Origin: Octopus bimaculoides
Taxonomy: Eukaryota
Assembly: GCF_001194135.2 (NCBI RefSeq)
Contig: NC_068996.1
Span: 32,290,709 to 32,339,764 of the forward strand
Direction of reading: 5' to 3'
DNA length: 49,056 bases
The notes under the pieces: model-generated
Seen by the model: only the letters and a program-made list of their open reading frames with translations
Database searches by the model: none
Told to the model about the DNA's origin: nothing
Program-made: the position numbers and the translations under genes
Shown here: positions 37,433-48,699 of the stretch, piece by piece
How the letters are laid out: every line of letters starts with the position of its first letter
How positions within the stretch are numbered: position 1 is the first letter of the stretch

Positions 37433-37788
37433 AACATTCTATTTCATTCTTTTGTTCGTTGCTTAAAATTTTCTTTTGTGTTCACACATGTACAGTTTAT
37501 GTACAAATTGCCGGAAACAAAGAACTGCGAAGAAATACTCAAGTTATGACTTAAGTAACTTCCGAAATGCTTGTATGTAAATATATATATATATATAAAA
37601 TCTATGCCCATATACAGGAATGTTTTGGAAGCTACTGGAAACTTCTTTACGATACAAACTCAGGGAAACACACACACATATGTATATACATATATTTGCG
37701 TGCATGTATGTATGTTTATGTATATATATATATATATAGGAAAATGAAAAAAAGCCAGAATGCTGAACTGGAAGCATAATTTAATAAA

Positions 37789-37838
37789 GATTTTTTCTAC
37801 TCGAGTTTCAGGGTTATTTCCCTTCTTCAGCGTACGAC
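37789..37838 (-). ncRNA. Candidate minimal hammerhead motif (intact core, stem I missing)
   Basis: CUGAAGA-AGGG(AAAUAA)CCCU-GAAA-CUCGAG-UA^: canonical core, 4-bp stem II, perfect palindrome ACUCGAGU. The flanks GUCGUACG and GAAAAAAUC do not pair. Confidence 0.5.
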
Positions 37839-37856
37839 ATATATATATATATATAT

Positions 37857-38042
37857 GATTTGTTTGTAGCAGCGAAATATCTGTGTTCACATAAGCTTAC
37901 TCTTTTCATCAAATCGATATTACTTGTACAGGGGCGCCGGGCGCGCCACATATCAGATGACGAAATGGTCGCAGAACAACGTGAAATGAAGTACTATGCT
38001 CAGGAACACAGTGCAACGCCCGGTCTGAAAAGTGAAATAACG
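37857..38042 (-). mobile_element. SINE body of a third family (head lost in gap)
   Basis: Minus strand GGCGTTGCACTGTGTTCCTGAGCATAGTACTTCATTTCACGTTG resembles the TGTGTCCTTGAGCAAGACACTT block that follows tRNA heads in many metazoan SINEs. Confidence 0.55.
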
Positions 38043-38482
38043 NNNNNNNNNNNNNNNNNNNNNNNNNNNNNNNNNNNNNNNNNNNNNNNNNNNNNNNNNN
38101 NNNNNNNNNNNNNNNNNNNNNNNNNNNNNNNNNNNNNNNNNNNNNNNNNNNNNNNNNNNNNNNNNNNNNNNNNNNNNNNNNNNNNNNNNNNNNNNNNNNN
38201 NNNNNNNNNNNNNNNNNNNNNNNNNNNNNNNNNNNNNNNNNNNNNNNNNNNNNNNNNNNNNNNNNNNNNNNNNNNNNNNNNNNNNNNNNNNNNNNNNNNN
38301 NNNNNNNNNNNNNNNNNNNNNNNNNNNNNNNNNNNNNNNNNNNNNNNNNNNNNNNNNNNNNNNNNNNNNNNNNNNNNNNNNNNNNNNNNNNNNTATATAT
38401 ATGTGTGTGGGTGTGGGTGTGTGTGTGTATATATATGTATATATGTATCTATATATGTATATATGTATGTATGTATATGTAT

Positions 38483-38516
<34 letters not shown>

Positions 38517-39734
38517 TCAATATTTGCAATCCTTTAAAATGAACGGGAATTAAAATTTTACTGTAAACAACATTAACATCACTTTGAAATTCTGGAATTT
38601 ACCTGCATATCAAGTGTTTAAGGTCGAAAATAATTAAATCTCGGATTTATTATGTGCCAGTTGAGTTTGTCATGGAATTGTTAATGCGTGTTTACAGATT
38701 CCAGATACGTAATGTACTGACGTTTCTACTAAAATCTTGATAGAAACTTCTCTAGTGTGGCATTTTGAAGTTGCTTTTATACTGATGATGCTGATATATT
38801 TATATCTGTTTTAATACATATATCCAAAGCGGCACATTTTATTCCTTATATATTGTTTGTTATATTTTACATGATGCGTATAGAATTTTTTCTTTTCTTT
38901 GTTTTTGGTGGGGGCGGGCAGCATTTCAGGTCGGGGAGTTCTCCAGTGTATCTATATATTAAGGTGTTTACTAGATAAGCAAGTTTTTATATGAGCTGCC
39001 CAACAGAGGCGTTATAAGTTTTGCCTTTCTCTATGCAAAGTAAAAGAAAAAGAACAAGCTTAACCCAGATTTAGATATTCCAAAAAAGATCAGTCGAATC
39101 GATTTCGATCATTCCATTGGGGTCTCTTTAGAGCCAAGATTTTCGTTTTAACCGACGACAAAACCCTGGTTTATAAAATCACTATTAATAAGAGCATCAT
39201 ATAATCGGCTGAGCTGATTTGCATAAATTAGCGTGTACTTGTTCGGCTGAAAACGGCCCGGGAGATTCCTATTTTTCTGTCTACGAAGATATTGTATAAC
39301 ATGACAAATTGTTTACATCTGTTCAATATACATAAAAAAAAATCTATAAATTTATTCTTCAGTAAATTGTAGCAACATAACAGAATAGTGTTAAAGTGAC
39401 CAACAATATATATTCGAAGTAGCTGCCACGAATTCGTTAAATACTTTATCTGACTCTCTAAAGCAGTTAAGAATGGGCATATTAAGCACAATGTTTCCCT
39501 GAACTGTTAAAGCGGATTGTCACTTGCTGATAATATTCCAATACTAAAAGGACTGAAACTGATTCCACTGATCCGTATTTTTCCATCCACAAAATTATTG
39601 TTTACGCATGTCATATACAAACACAGTATTTACTAAAATCTTTAGATATATTTATTAAAATCTAGATATACACATATCTATAGACATGGACCAAAGTAAA
39701 GTTATCAGAAAACAAAACTGGCTACTCATAAATA

Positions 39735-41250
39735 TGAATAACTCATTTGAAAAGGTGATGAGAGTTGTAGCTAAAAGAAAGATCTCTGTTTCAAGCTCTT
39801 TCACCTTACAGCCTATGTCACCAAAGGCTACCAGACTGAGTGCCTATCTTTCCGGTCCAAAGGAAGATGGAGAACCAAACTTCACAATGGAACCGGCTGG
39901 AATCCAGATTCCTCCTACACGTAAAAGAAGATATTCAACATAACGTCAGAAATAGCAATGCAGGGGCATTGAACGTGTGCGTGTAGAAGAGTGCGCATCA
40001 TGGGCAGGACCAGCTGACAGCACTACTATGTATGCAGAGTTCATCTCAAACCAGTAGCACTGTCAGCCCAGTATTTTCTGGAAATCAATCCATGAACCTT
40101 CGCCTGAACAGATGATCCAATTCATTCATCGCAACATCAACGTTGTCATTTTTGCGTGCCACTAACCCTATACAGAAAACAAAAGTGGAGCTTACACTGA
40201 CCACATTGCCCGACTAGGAGAGGGCTGTGAGTGCCTGGCAACTCTCTAAGTAACTGGCACCCTCCCACAGTTTGCGCTTAATCCCTGGATCAAGCCCTGT
40301 CAAAAGAAAAGACGTGTAGAAAAGAGAGTCTAACAAGGGGGTACAATATTTGCTCACTGTCAAAGAAACGATGAAAATATCGGTCTTAGTACATGTTTGT
40401 GCATTATATGCCCCGACATGCCTAGTTATTCACTCAGTAGGTTTAAACAGCAAGTGGAGCACCTGTCCTATGAAAGCAAAAAAGCCAGACGCTCCGGTCC
40501 GGTAAGACGTGATATAGGGCAAGGCAGAAAGATCAGGTGGTAATAGATAATGGAGGCGATGTAAGCATTTGTTACCTCTGTCTGATCTTTCAAAAGTACA
40601 TTCCTCCTGGTGCATTTCTGTGTGAGACAGGCCATGATGCTAATCAAATAGTTCTAATTCTTCTCCCGCTTGGCTGTTGGGACCAACCTAAGATCCCAAG
40701 CAATTTAAATGGCTCGTCCGTCAAGCGTCTACGATGCTGTCATGTGGCTTCTCTAATTACCGAGCTAGAAGACCACTGACTTTTCCTGGTAAACTTTTGT
40801 TCCTGTCACCACCTCGTACTCTACCAGTGCAGTGCCAATCATCTCCGATGCGTTTAGCGTCCGACAATATTACAATGCCATTGTCCACTCTCGAACATCC
40901 TAGTTCATGTGGAATGCCCCTTGAAGCCTCCAACCTCCGCTATAGTACACAGAAGGAACGAGAAGAGCATCGTTGATGGACGGAAAGCATGATGCATAAA
41001 CAGTTCCGCTACGTGGCTATTCATTCTGATCATCGAGCAAATGTAGTTGTACCTCTAAAGGTGTACTAAAATAAGCAGCCATGTTTTGATGGACAACCCT
41101 ATCAAAAGATATAAAGGTTGTTGTTTTTGTTATGCAATTATTTAAACTTTGAACATTCAACGCTTGAAAGATATTCTCTCCTCTTCCACGGGCAGTCTTG
41201 ACACATGCTGGACCTGTCTTTGCGAGTCGCCTGCTTCCTCTCCCTTCAAT
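39735..41250 (-). mobile_element. L1-clade (Tx1-like) ORF2 fossil
   Basis: Minus-strand frames give SFDRVVHQNMAA (cf. AFDRVDH), HQRCSS (cf. RQGCPLS), RRLEASRGIPHELG..IVILSDAKRI/EMIGTALVEYEVVTGTKVYQEKS, TDEPFKLLG..EKN*, LLKDQTEVTNAYIASIIYYHL..PCP, SCP*C and YVEYLLLRVG. Collinear with L1/Tx1 RT and C-terminus. Confidence 0.8.
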
Positions 41251-42040
41251 ATGCTTGATGTGTAAGCAGATGTTATGCATGTAAAAATATATATGCTTTG
41301 CAAAACACAATTTGAAAAATTTTCCAGTAAAAGTGAACTGCAAGGGAGCGAGGAAACACTTAATTTTTAAATATGTGACAGATGAAAAAAGTATACGAGC
41401 AACTCGAACGACGTGTTACTGATACCACTGCCAGTACCACAACAGCAAACTCCACAATAATAATTATATTGCCTTTGTTACCCATAAAGCCGCAAAAGAA
41501 TTTAGAACAATACAAAAACAATAAAACAATTACTACAAAGTTACAACAAAATTACCTAATATGAAGGAACACCACACAGAGCTCCTGGATCACCCTGGGC
41601 GTCAAGGGCATGCCATCCTTTCCATAAATCTTGCATGGGAATGCTTAACGTACGTCTACCTCGTGAACCATCCTCACCAAAATTCACTGAGGTTGAGGAG
41701 GCAGTACCTACCTCACAACTTTCACCTTTTCAAAAGGAACTTAAAAAGTACCGGTGATGACTTGAGCGAAGGAAAAGTGTAACTTTAGTCGTTTCAGTAT
41801 CGTCCACCACGTAAAGTAGACGAAGACTGCTCGCCTTCTCAGTCAAAAGAAGGTGGTGGGTCAGCCATCCTGACAGAGTCTGGTAGTTGGATCCATTCTA
41901 CACAACAGTTCGACAAGTCCAGCTCGACAGCTCCATAGCAACAGTCCGACAACTCCAGAAGTGAGAAAAGATATATAATGGTTTCTAATTTAGACACAAG
42001 TCCAGTAGCAGCAAGTAAAAACAACAGTAGTAAAAGTGAA

Positions 42041-42265
42041 AGAAGAAGAAGAAGAAGAAGAAGAAGAAGAAGAAGAAGAAGAAGAAGAAGAAGAAGAAGA
42101 AGAAGAAGAAGAAGAAGAAGAAGAAGAAGAAGAAGAAGAAGAAGAAGAAGAAGAAGAAGAAGAAGGTGGATGATGATTATGATGATGGAGGTGGAGGAAT
42201 GAGAAAAGAAGGTGAAAGGGATGATGAGGATGACGATGTCGTCGATGATGATGATGACGATGATG
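42041..42265. repeat. (AGA)n run of about 41 units followed by a (GAT)-rich tract
   Basis: Read directly. Gives the poly-R and poly-L ORF artefacts. Confidence 0.95.
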
Positions 42266-42320
42266 AAAGAGAGATAAGAAATTATAACCCTCGAAGGTCT
42301 TTCGGAAGTCACAGCTTAGT

Positions 42321-42465
42321 ATTATACAGTTTTATATTTAAGAGATGAGGAATTATGTACATTATTTACATTATTTACATTATTCACATTTGACGGATAT
42401 TTGTCCTCATTTTGTTTGTTGATAACACAGCATTTCGGCTGATATATCCTTCAGCCTTCATCAGG
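42321..42465 (-). mobile_element. Penelope pLTR-like repeat end with hammerhead motif (42424-42464)
   Basis: Minus strand CUGAUGA-A-GGCUGA(AGGAUAUA)UCAGCC-GAAA-UGCU-GUGUU: canonical core and 6-bp stem II, decayed stem III. Followed by short tandem AATGTAAAT repeats. Confidence 0.65.
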
Positions 42466-42535
42466 CATATGGCGTAGTGGTTAAGAGCGCAGGCTACTAA
42501 TCCCAAGATTCCGAGTTTGATTCCAGGCAGTGACT

Positions 42536-42584
<49 letters not shown>

Positions 42585-42608
42585 TGATAATGACAATAAT
42601 AATAATGA
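42464..42608 (+). mobile_element. Short tRNA-derived SINE (Ser-like head) with (AAT)n tail
   Basis: A-box TGGCGTAGTGG (42470-42480) and B-box-like GAGTTTGATTCC (42513-42524). GTGGTTAAG..GGCTACTAATCC resembles tRNA-Ser(GCU) GGACTGCTAATCC. No acceptor stem, and the head runs directly into (AAT)n. Confidence 0.75.
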
Positions 42609-43019
42609 TGACGGATATATAATATAACTTTTTAATTTCTTTTTTGCGTAACTGTTTGATGAACTTTGAAAAAGGAAATTTCAGCCCTGAAGACAAAAAA
42701 AGAAAAGAAGTTGAAAAAGCTGATTTCCCACTCCCCTGAGCCAGTGGGCAAAAGAACATTTTGGTTGATAAGATTTGCTTTGAAATATGAGAAGTCGTTT
42801 TTACTTTCAGGACAAATGTTATGTGATAAACTCATTGATACCGAGTTGAAAATCGTAACGGAAAATTTTCCATAAATTTCAATACAACCACACATTTTTT
42901 CTCACACGGAATTTCTAACATACAATCCACACCGCAGACTGTTTATTCATCACATCAGGAACAATCATTTTGTTTTGTCAACAAATTTTTTGGAGATGTT
43001 TATATTTGAATTTACCAGT

Positions 43020-43248
43020 TTCGCAGGAACTAATGGCAGAAATAACAACGTTGTATTCACCACAAACAAACGTTATTCCTACAATTCAACCAAAGACCCC
43101 AAAAAATAACGAAACCAAAGACCCCAAAATCTACCGGCCTATAACATGTTTGTCTACTACCTATAAGATTTTGACATCTATTCTAGTGGAGAAAACATAT
43201 ACGTTTATGGAAGAGAATAACCTATTTCCCATTGAATAAAAAGGATGC
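43020..43248 (+). mobile_element. R4/Dong-like non-LTR RT N-terminal fragment
   Basis: KNNETKDPKIYRPITCLSTTYKILTSILVEKTYTFMEENNLFPIE*KGC contains the YRPITCL..YK and EQKG motifs. Truncated at a CA-rich minisatellite. Confidence 0.85.
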
Positions 43249-43353
43249 ACACCACCACACCACATACCACCACACCACACACCACCACACCACACACTAC
43301 CACACTACACACCACCACACCACACACCACCACACCACACACCACCACACCAC
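43249..43353. repeat. 15-bp minisatellite (ACCACCACACCACAC)n
   Basis: About 7 units read directly. Gives the HHTT ORF artefact. Confidence 0.9.
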
Positions 43354-43629
43354 ATCTTATCACCCCGCGCACACTTGCACTGACCACTTCCCAGCATCCA
43401 CACCAGCACACATACTAGCACTGACCACTTCCCAGCCCGTACAACATCATCCCCACATTTATACATGCACATACGCACACATCAATGCCATCAGCCCCCT
43501 TCCACACGCACATACACACTTTCACATATATACGCACGCGCACCTTCGTTTTGGGTTCATCACTACTTTATTATCCAATACTTTATTATCACGACTACTT
43601 TATTATCTCCCCTTCTTCCTAGCTCTCTT

Positions 43630-43830
43630 GCGTGGCCCCTCTGTCCGGCATTCACCATGATAGATCGCTAGCCACTAAACCATTTTTTTATTTTCACTCC
43701 CTGTTTATTTCTGTGTTCCTTTCTGTCGAAACGTAAAAGACTTTCTCACTTCCTGAGCGTTAAACTGATACATCTGTTTCTTGTTTAAACACCAGTCATC
43801 GTCTTTTTTTGTTGTTGTAAATTCTCACTA
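43630..43830 (+). mobile_element. Second copy of the 31290-31520 family, hammerhead-like core deleted
   Basis: CCTTTCTGTCGAA-ACGTAAAAGACTTTCTCACTTCCTGAGCGT..TGTAAATTCTCACTATATA. About 15 nt missing relative to 31402-31440. Confidence 0.6.
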
Positions 43831-43987
43831 TATATATATACATATATATTTATTTATATGTATATATATATATATAAATTCAAAAAGGGATAAAACTCTT
43901 TTACAAGAATTTTATCAAGAAGCCAGTGTGTAAAAAAATTCATAAGGGAAATTTCTATTCCCAAGAATATAATTATTCGTTTATATT

Positions 43988-44085
43988 TATATAAAGGGCA
44001 TTATTACAGAAAATAATAACGCCACACAGTGGACTTCTCAAAATAATCACATTTAGTACCTAATGCGAGGAAAAACAACCAACAG
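43988..44085 (+). repeat. Young dispersed repeat end (inverted copy at 16440-16497)
   Basis: ATATAAAGGGCATTATTA.AGAAAATAATAACGCCACACAGTGGACTTCTCAAAATA is near-identical to the reverse complement of 16440-16497. Runs into a gap. Confidence 0.85.
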
Positions 44086-44981
44086 NNNNNNNNNNNNNNN
44101 NNNNNNNNNNNNNNNNNNNNNNNNNNNNNNNNNNNNNNNNNNNNNNNNNNNNNNNNNNNNNNNNNNNNNNNNNNNNNNNNNNNNNNNNNNNNNNNNNNNN
44201 NNNNNNNNNNNNNNNNNNNNNNNNNNNNNNNNNNNNNNNNNNNNNNNNNNNNNNNNNNNNNNNNNNNNNNNNNNNNNNNNNNNNNNNNNNNNNNNNNNNN
44301 NNNNNNNNNNNNNNNNNNNNNNNNNNNNNNNNNNNNNNNNNNNNNNNNNNNNNNNNNNNNNNNNNNNNNNNNNNNNNNNNNNNNNATATATATATATGTA
44401 TGTATGTATGTATGTATATACATATAGGTATGTGTTTGTATATCATGTATATAGTTTTGGCGTGAAACTGTCTGAAATACCAAATATGTACTTTTCTTAT
44501 TGGTTTGAAGTAGTGGAAGTGCCGATTGAGTCTGATTCGATTAACGTTTTCCACGAATATTTGCTAATCGATGACGGAAGATAAAACATTTACAAGAGTA
44601 TCTCGATAGTCTGAAGATTTGTGCACACCATGGGTGGCAATTGAGAGAGAAAGAAGAGTGCGCTGGCAGTGACTTTCTGAGGTGGCACAAAGACCAACGA
44701 GCAGAGTTCACTATGCTAATCAATCGAGTAGTCTTTCCTTGAATGCTAAGTTGTCTATGTGTATTGCAACAACGTTGTTACAGATATGGAAGTAGATATA
44801 TTAAAGTCGTGCTTTCATCAGGAGATAAGCTACAATCGGAATGCTAGAAGCTCACTTGCAATTTAGCATTTGAATCATTTGAATCTTAAGTTTCTAATGT
44901 CCGTGTGGATTGTAGTATCGAGCTGTTCATCATTATAGGAGAGTGAATGATGCAATAATGGTTTTGTGACACGTAATTCAT

Positions 44982-45128
44982 TCTCTCTCTCTCTCTATTT
45001 CTCTCTCTATTTCTCTCTCTCCCTCACTCTCTTTCTCTCTCCCTTCTCTCTTTCTCTCTCTGTCTCCCTCTCTCTCTCTCTCCCTCTCTCTCTCTCCCTC
45101 TCTCTCTCTCCCTCTCTCTCTCTCTCTA
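44982..45128. repeat. Imperfect (CT)n polypyrimidine tract
   Basis: Read directly. Confidence 0.95.
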
Positions 45129-45596
45129 TCTGGTGAAGGGAACATAGACATCAAATGGTTCATACGAACACATGCTTAAATACCTTCATTCAAGTAAGCA
45201 CACACACACACATACACACACTGAGTTATAAAGGTATTAAATCAGGTTATTGTGCAAAATATGTGGACATCTTATGCGATTTAAATTCATAGTACAAGTG
45301 GAGCATACTTATTCACATTCACATGCACAGCACACTTTCATACACACATAATTGCCTTATATTTGTTAATCAAGAGTATTGTTTTACGCAGGGTCAAATT
45401 TCAAAACCATAGGAGTTTAGATTTCACGGTTTCACCCTTCTGCATCATTTCCCTCGAAGATAGACCTATATAATCCGAAAATAAAATAAGCACAAATCAA
45501 AAAAAATGTACATACACGTGCATATACACACATATGTGCCTGTGTGGGTATGTAAATAACGGATACATATATATACAGACATAATGAATACACACT

Positions 45597-45627
<31 letters not shown>

Positions 45628-47362
45628 CTGTTCTGGCAAAATTTTTTAGAATTGTATCAGATATGAAAGAAAAAGAAGCAAAGAATGGATGAAAAATCAG
45701 ACAGGAAGCAGTTATATGAAGAAATAACATGAATGTTCTATGAATATCTAAAGTTCAGTTGGGATTTGGACAGCTAACGGCAAAATCTTTATCTTAACAC
45801 CGTATCATTGAGAAAAAGCTAGTGTATGTCTGAGCTAGCTTTACTCGATTTTGATCTGTCGCCAAAAATATAGTTGTCACGTCATCGTAGATACAAGAAT
45901 TTTTGCACATACATGTTTAAGAGAATTTGTTACCGTTTCTTTCTCTCTTTTATTCTTTATACTTTTTCAATTTTTTTTTTTGCCGGTTTTAATGATTTTG
46001 TTTATTTTCTATTTTTTTTTTCACTATTTCGATTTTATCAACCCATTTCAAGCTTGCTTCTCGCCTCTCTCTTACTTTCTCCTCACTCTCCCTCTCTCCC
46101 TCTCCCTCTTTCTCTCTTTCTCTTTAATGTTTTCTTTTCTCTTCTCTGTATATATTTCTCTCACTCTCACTTCCTCTTTCTCTACATGGCCATTTTTAAA
46201 AACATCTTTAAACATCGTCACTAATATCACTATATGTTTCCAATATCTTCGGCTACGTTTCGTTCCAACCTAAGTTTACTTCTTATATTTTTTCAAATGT
46301 TGGCTTAAAGAAATATAGGTCCTATAATTGATAAAATATTGGTAGCTGTTCCAAGGTCTTCTAACAAATAATTGCACTAGATTAATGTCTGCTACAACAA
46401 CAATTAGGAAAATAAATAGTAAGAATCAGAAAGTTTCACCTCTTTACACACATNNNNNNNNNNNNNNNNNNNNNNNNNNNNNNNNNNNNNNNNNNNNNNN
46501 NNNNNNNNNNNNNNNNNNNNNNNNNNNNNNNNNNNNNNNNNNNNNNNNNNNNNNNNNNNNNNNNNNNNNNNNNNNNNNNNNNNNNNNNNNNNNNNNNNNN
46601 NNNNNNNNNNNNNNNNNNNNNNNNNNNNNNNNNNNNNNNNNNNNNNNNNNNNNNNNNNNNNNNNNNNNNNNNNNNNNNNNNNNNNNNNNNNNNNNNNNNN
46701 NNNNNNNNNNNNNNNNNNNNNNNNNNNNNNNNNNNNNNNNNNNNNNNNNNNNNNNNNNNNNNNNNNNNNNNNNNNNNNNNNNNNNNNNNNNNNNNNNNNN
46801 NNNNNNNNNNNNNNNNNNNNNNNNNNNNNNNNNNNNNNNNNNNNNNNNNNNNNNNNNNNNNNNNNNNNNNNNNNNNNNNNNNNNNNNNNNNNNNNNNNNN
46901 NNNNNNNNNATAATAATAATAATAATAATAATAATAAAGAATAAAAAGTTTTGAATGGTACAACAATGCACTATAATACCAACAATGGGCTCTATACCTG
47001 TTGTAATTTAGTTATCCATTGTCTGATAATATTTCAGAATAAAATTCCTTCTTCAGTTTTACATGGAGTCGCGGCTATAATTGGTTTTCCAACGCCCTTT
47101 CTTTTTTCTTTCTTTCTTTTTTTTTTTTTTTAAGCATCTCAGCAGTGATCTCACAAAGCTCTTTCCGGATTTCTTCATGAGAAGTGCGTGAGGTTGGCCA
47201 TGTCTCAGTCTCGTGTTTGCTGGTACATCCGTAGCACTGCTTCTAAGTTATGTATTATACGTGCAGCTTCCTTTTTTTTACCCTTTTTTTCTCTCTTTCT
47301 TTTTGTTATAAACTATAGATGAGCATACTATCAAAAATGAACCTACCCCTATCCAGATGTAG

Positions 47363-48484
47363 CTAAATAATATATTGATTACCAACTTCCATCCTATTGT
47401 TAATTTGGGGTCCTAGTCTGTGTATGAGTAAAGCTTCTTTAATTCTTAAATTACCCAAATTTCTTTCATTGGCCGCAATTGTGACTGTTATGCTTTTGAC
47501 AGTGTTCTGGCATCTGTCTAGATGTTTTCTGAAGGAGGAGGCTCTCGTGTTCAGATGTTCTTTGATGCAACGTGTAACTGTCTTGTTGTGCTACCCACAT
47601 AGAACTTGTTGCATATGTTACATTGTATTCTATACACAATATTTACCCGTTGGCATAAATCTGTGTCACAGTTTGTTAGTGCGCATTGATTGTTGTCCTT
47701 TCTTCGTTTCTTTGCGAGGTGTCCTCTCAGAGAGGGGCCGGAGTTGGCTAGGTGTATGTCTAGCCCTTCTCCTCTTATGGCTTTTCGATTGGCTGTAGTT
47801 ATCCTCTCGCTAAAATGGGATATTTTAAGGAAGCATGTGTTGCTCGTTTTTCTATGTGTTCGGCGTGTTGGTCGCCTTAGGTACTTAAGCCGATTTACAA
47901 TAAATTTAGGATATCCGTTGGTTTTCAATATATCTAGGAAACGTGTAGTGTGGGTCACCTTGTCTTTCGTTCTGCTGCACTTGCCTTGGATGCGAACAAG
48001 TTCATCCAATTTTGGCACCGAGTGGAAGTGCTGAATTGTACCGGACAAACATATCTCTAGTGGCTGCTTTCCTGTAGAACTCGGTGTGGATCTCCCTTTC
48101 TTCCGTTATATTCAGTTTGAAGTCAAGTAGTGATAGTGATCCAGTGATGTCGGGATGTTCTTTAGTGAACTTTATGTTCATGCCCATGTTATTCAACGTC
48201 GTGAATATTCTCTCAACCTCTTCACGGGAGGATGTGAGTATGAGGATATCATCTACGTACCTGGTGAAGAAGGCACATGAGCGGCAGATGTTGAGTGCTC
48301 GACGTTCCACATGGTTCATATAAGTGATGGCGAGTAGGTCCGAGAGACTGGATCCCATGGGGAGATCTATTGTCTGTTTGTATACGTGGTCCTAGAAAGA
48401 TAAGTAGGTGTTGTCCACAATGATGGACAAAATTTGATGTATATCAGCTGCGGTAAGTCCGAAGCATTGGATGTCGGACGCCAT
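47363..48484 (-). mobile_element. Penelope-like retroelement: 5'-truncated RT + thumb + GIY-YIG endonuclease (pseudogenised)
   Basis: NTYLSF*DHVYKQTIDLPMGSSLSDLLA..TRYVDDILI..NIKFTKE..LSLLDFKL..FYRK (PLE RT), then LKTNGYP.FI, CALTNCDTDLC and NIVYRIQCNICNKFYVGSTTRQL. After a frameshift: IKEHL..KHL..C..LRIKEALLI..PQIN, with stop at 47363-47365. One stop and at least two frameshifts. Confidence 0.93.
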
Positions 48485-48602
48485 TATGTAGTCAGTCAAT
48501 AATGAAAAGTGACAACAACAAAAAAAGAGACCTCAATATTAGATAAATGGAGGATTATTTATATATGTTATAATTTGGAACAAACAGTAAAAGGTTGTCA
48601 GT

Positions 48603-48661
48603 ATAGTACTCGGAGTTTCGAATGTCGGAGTGAAGAGCAACGATATATTCTCTTCGGCTAT
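48603..48661 (-). ncRNA. Candidate type I hammerhead motif with C at position 4
   Basis: AUAG-CCGAAGA-GAAU(23 nt)AUUC-GAAA-CUC(C)GAG-UA^CUAU: stems I, II and III all pair over 4 bp. Confidence 0.5.
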
Positions 48662-48699
48662 TAATGGCAACAGACGCTATGAAAAACCGTTGAGTAACA

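Noticed and set aside
37860-38537. 225-aa ORF
   Set aside because: Antisense of a SINE body, plus an N-gap and microsatellite.
39218-39232. Octamer ATTTGCAT next to TAAT-like site
   Set aside because: A single 8-mer is expected by chance in 49 kb of AT-rich DNA, and there is no gene context.
42464-42537. Possible tRNA-Ser gene (also tRNA-like heads at 17.2, 20.8 and 21.1 kb)
   Set aside because: No acceptor stem or long variable arm, and followed by repeat bodies or tails. Treated as SINE heads.
42640-42900. Possible mariner fragment (NFEKGNFSPEDK; 3'-end-like AT-rich stretch)
   Set aside because: Similarity to FxxGxFSLED is too short and no TIR was identified.
44480-44900. Complex segment with 50-60 aa open frames and a minus-strand CTGATGA
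   Set aside because: No recognisable domain, and the core is followed by UAAU rather than GAAA.
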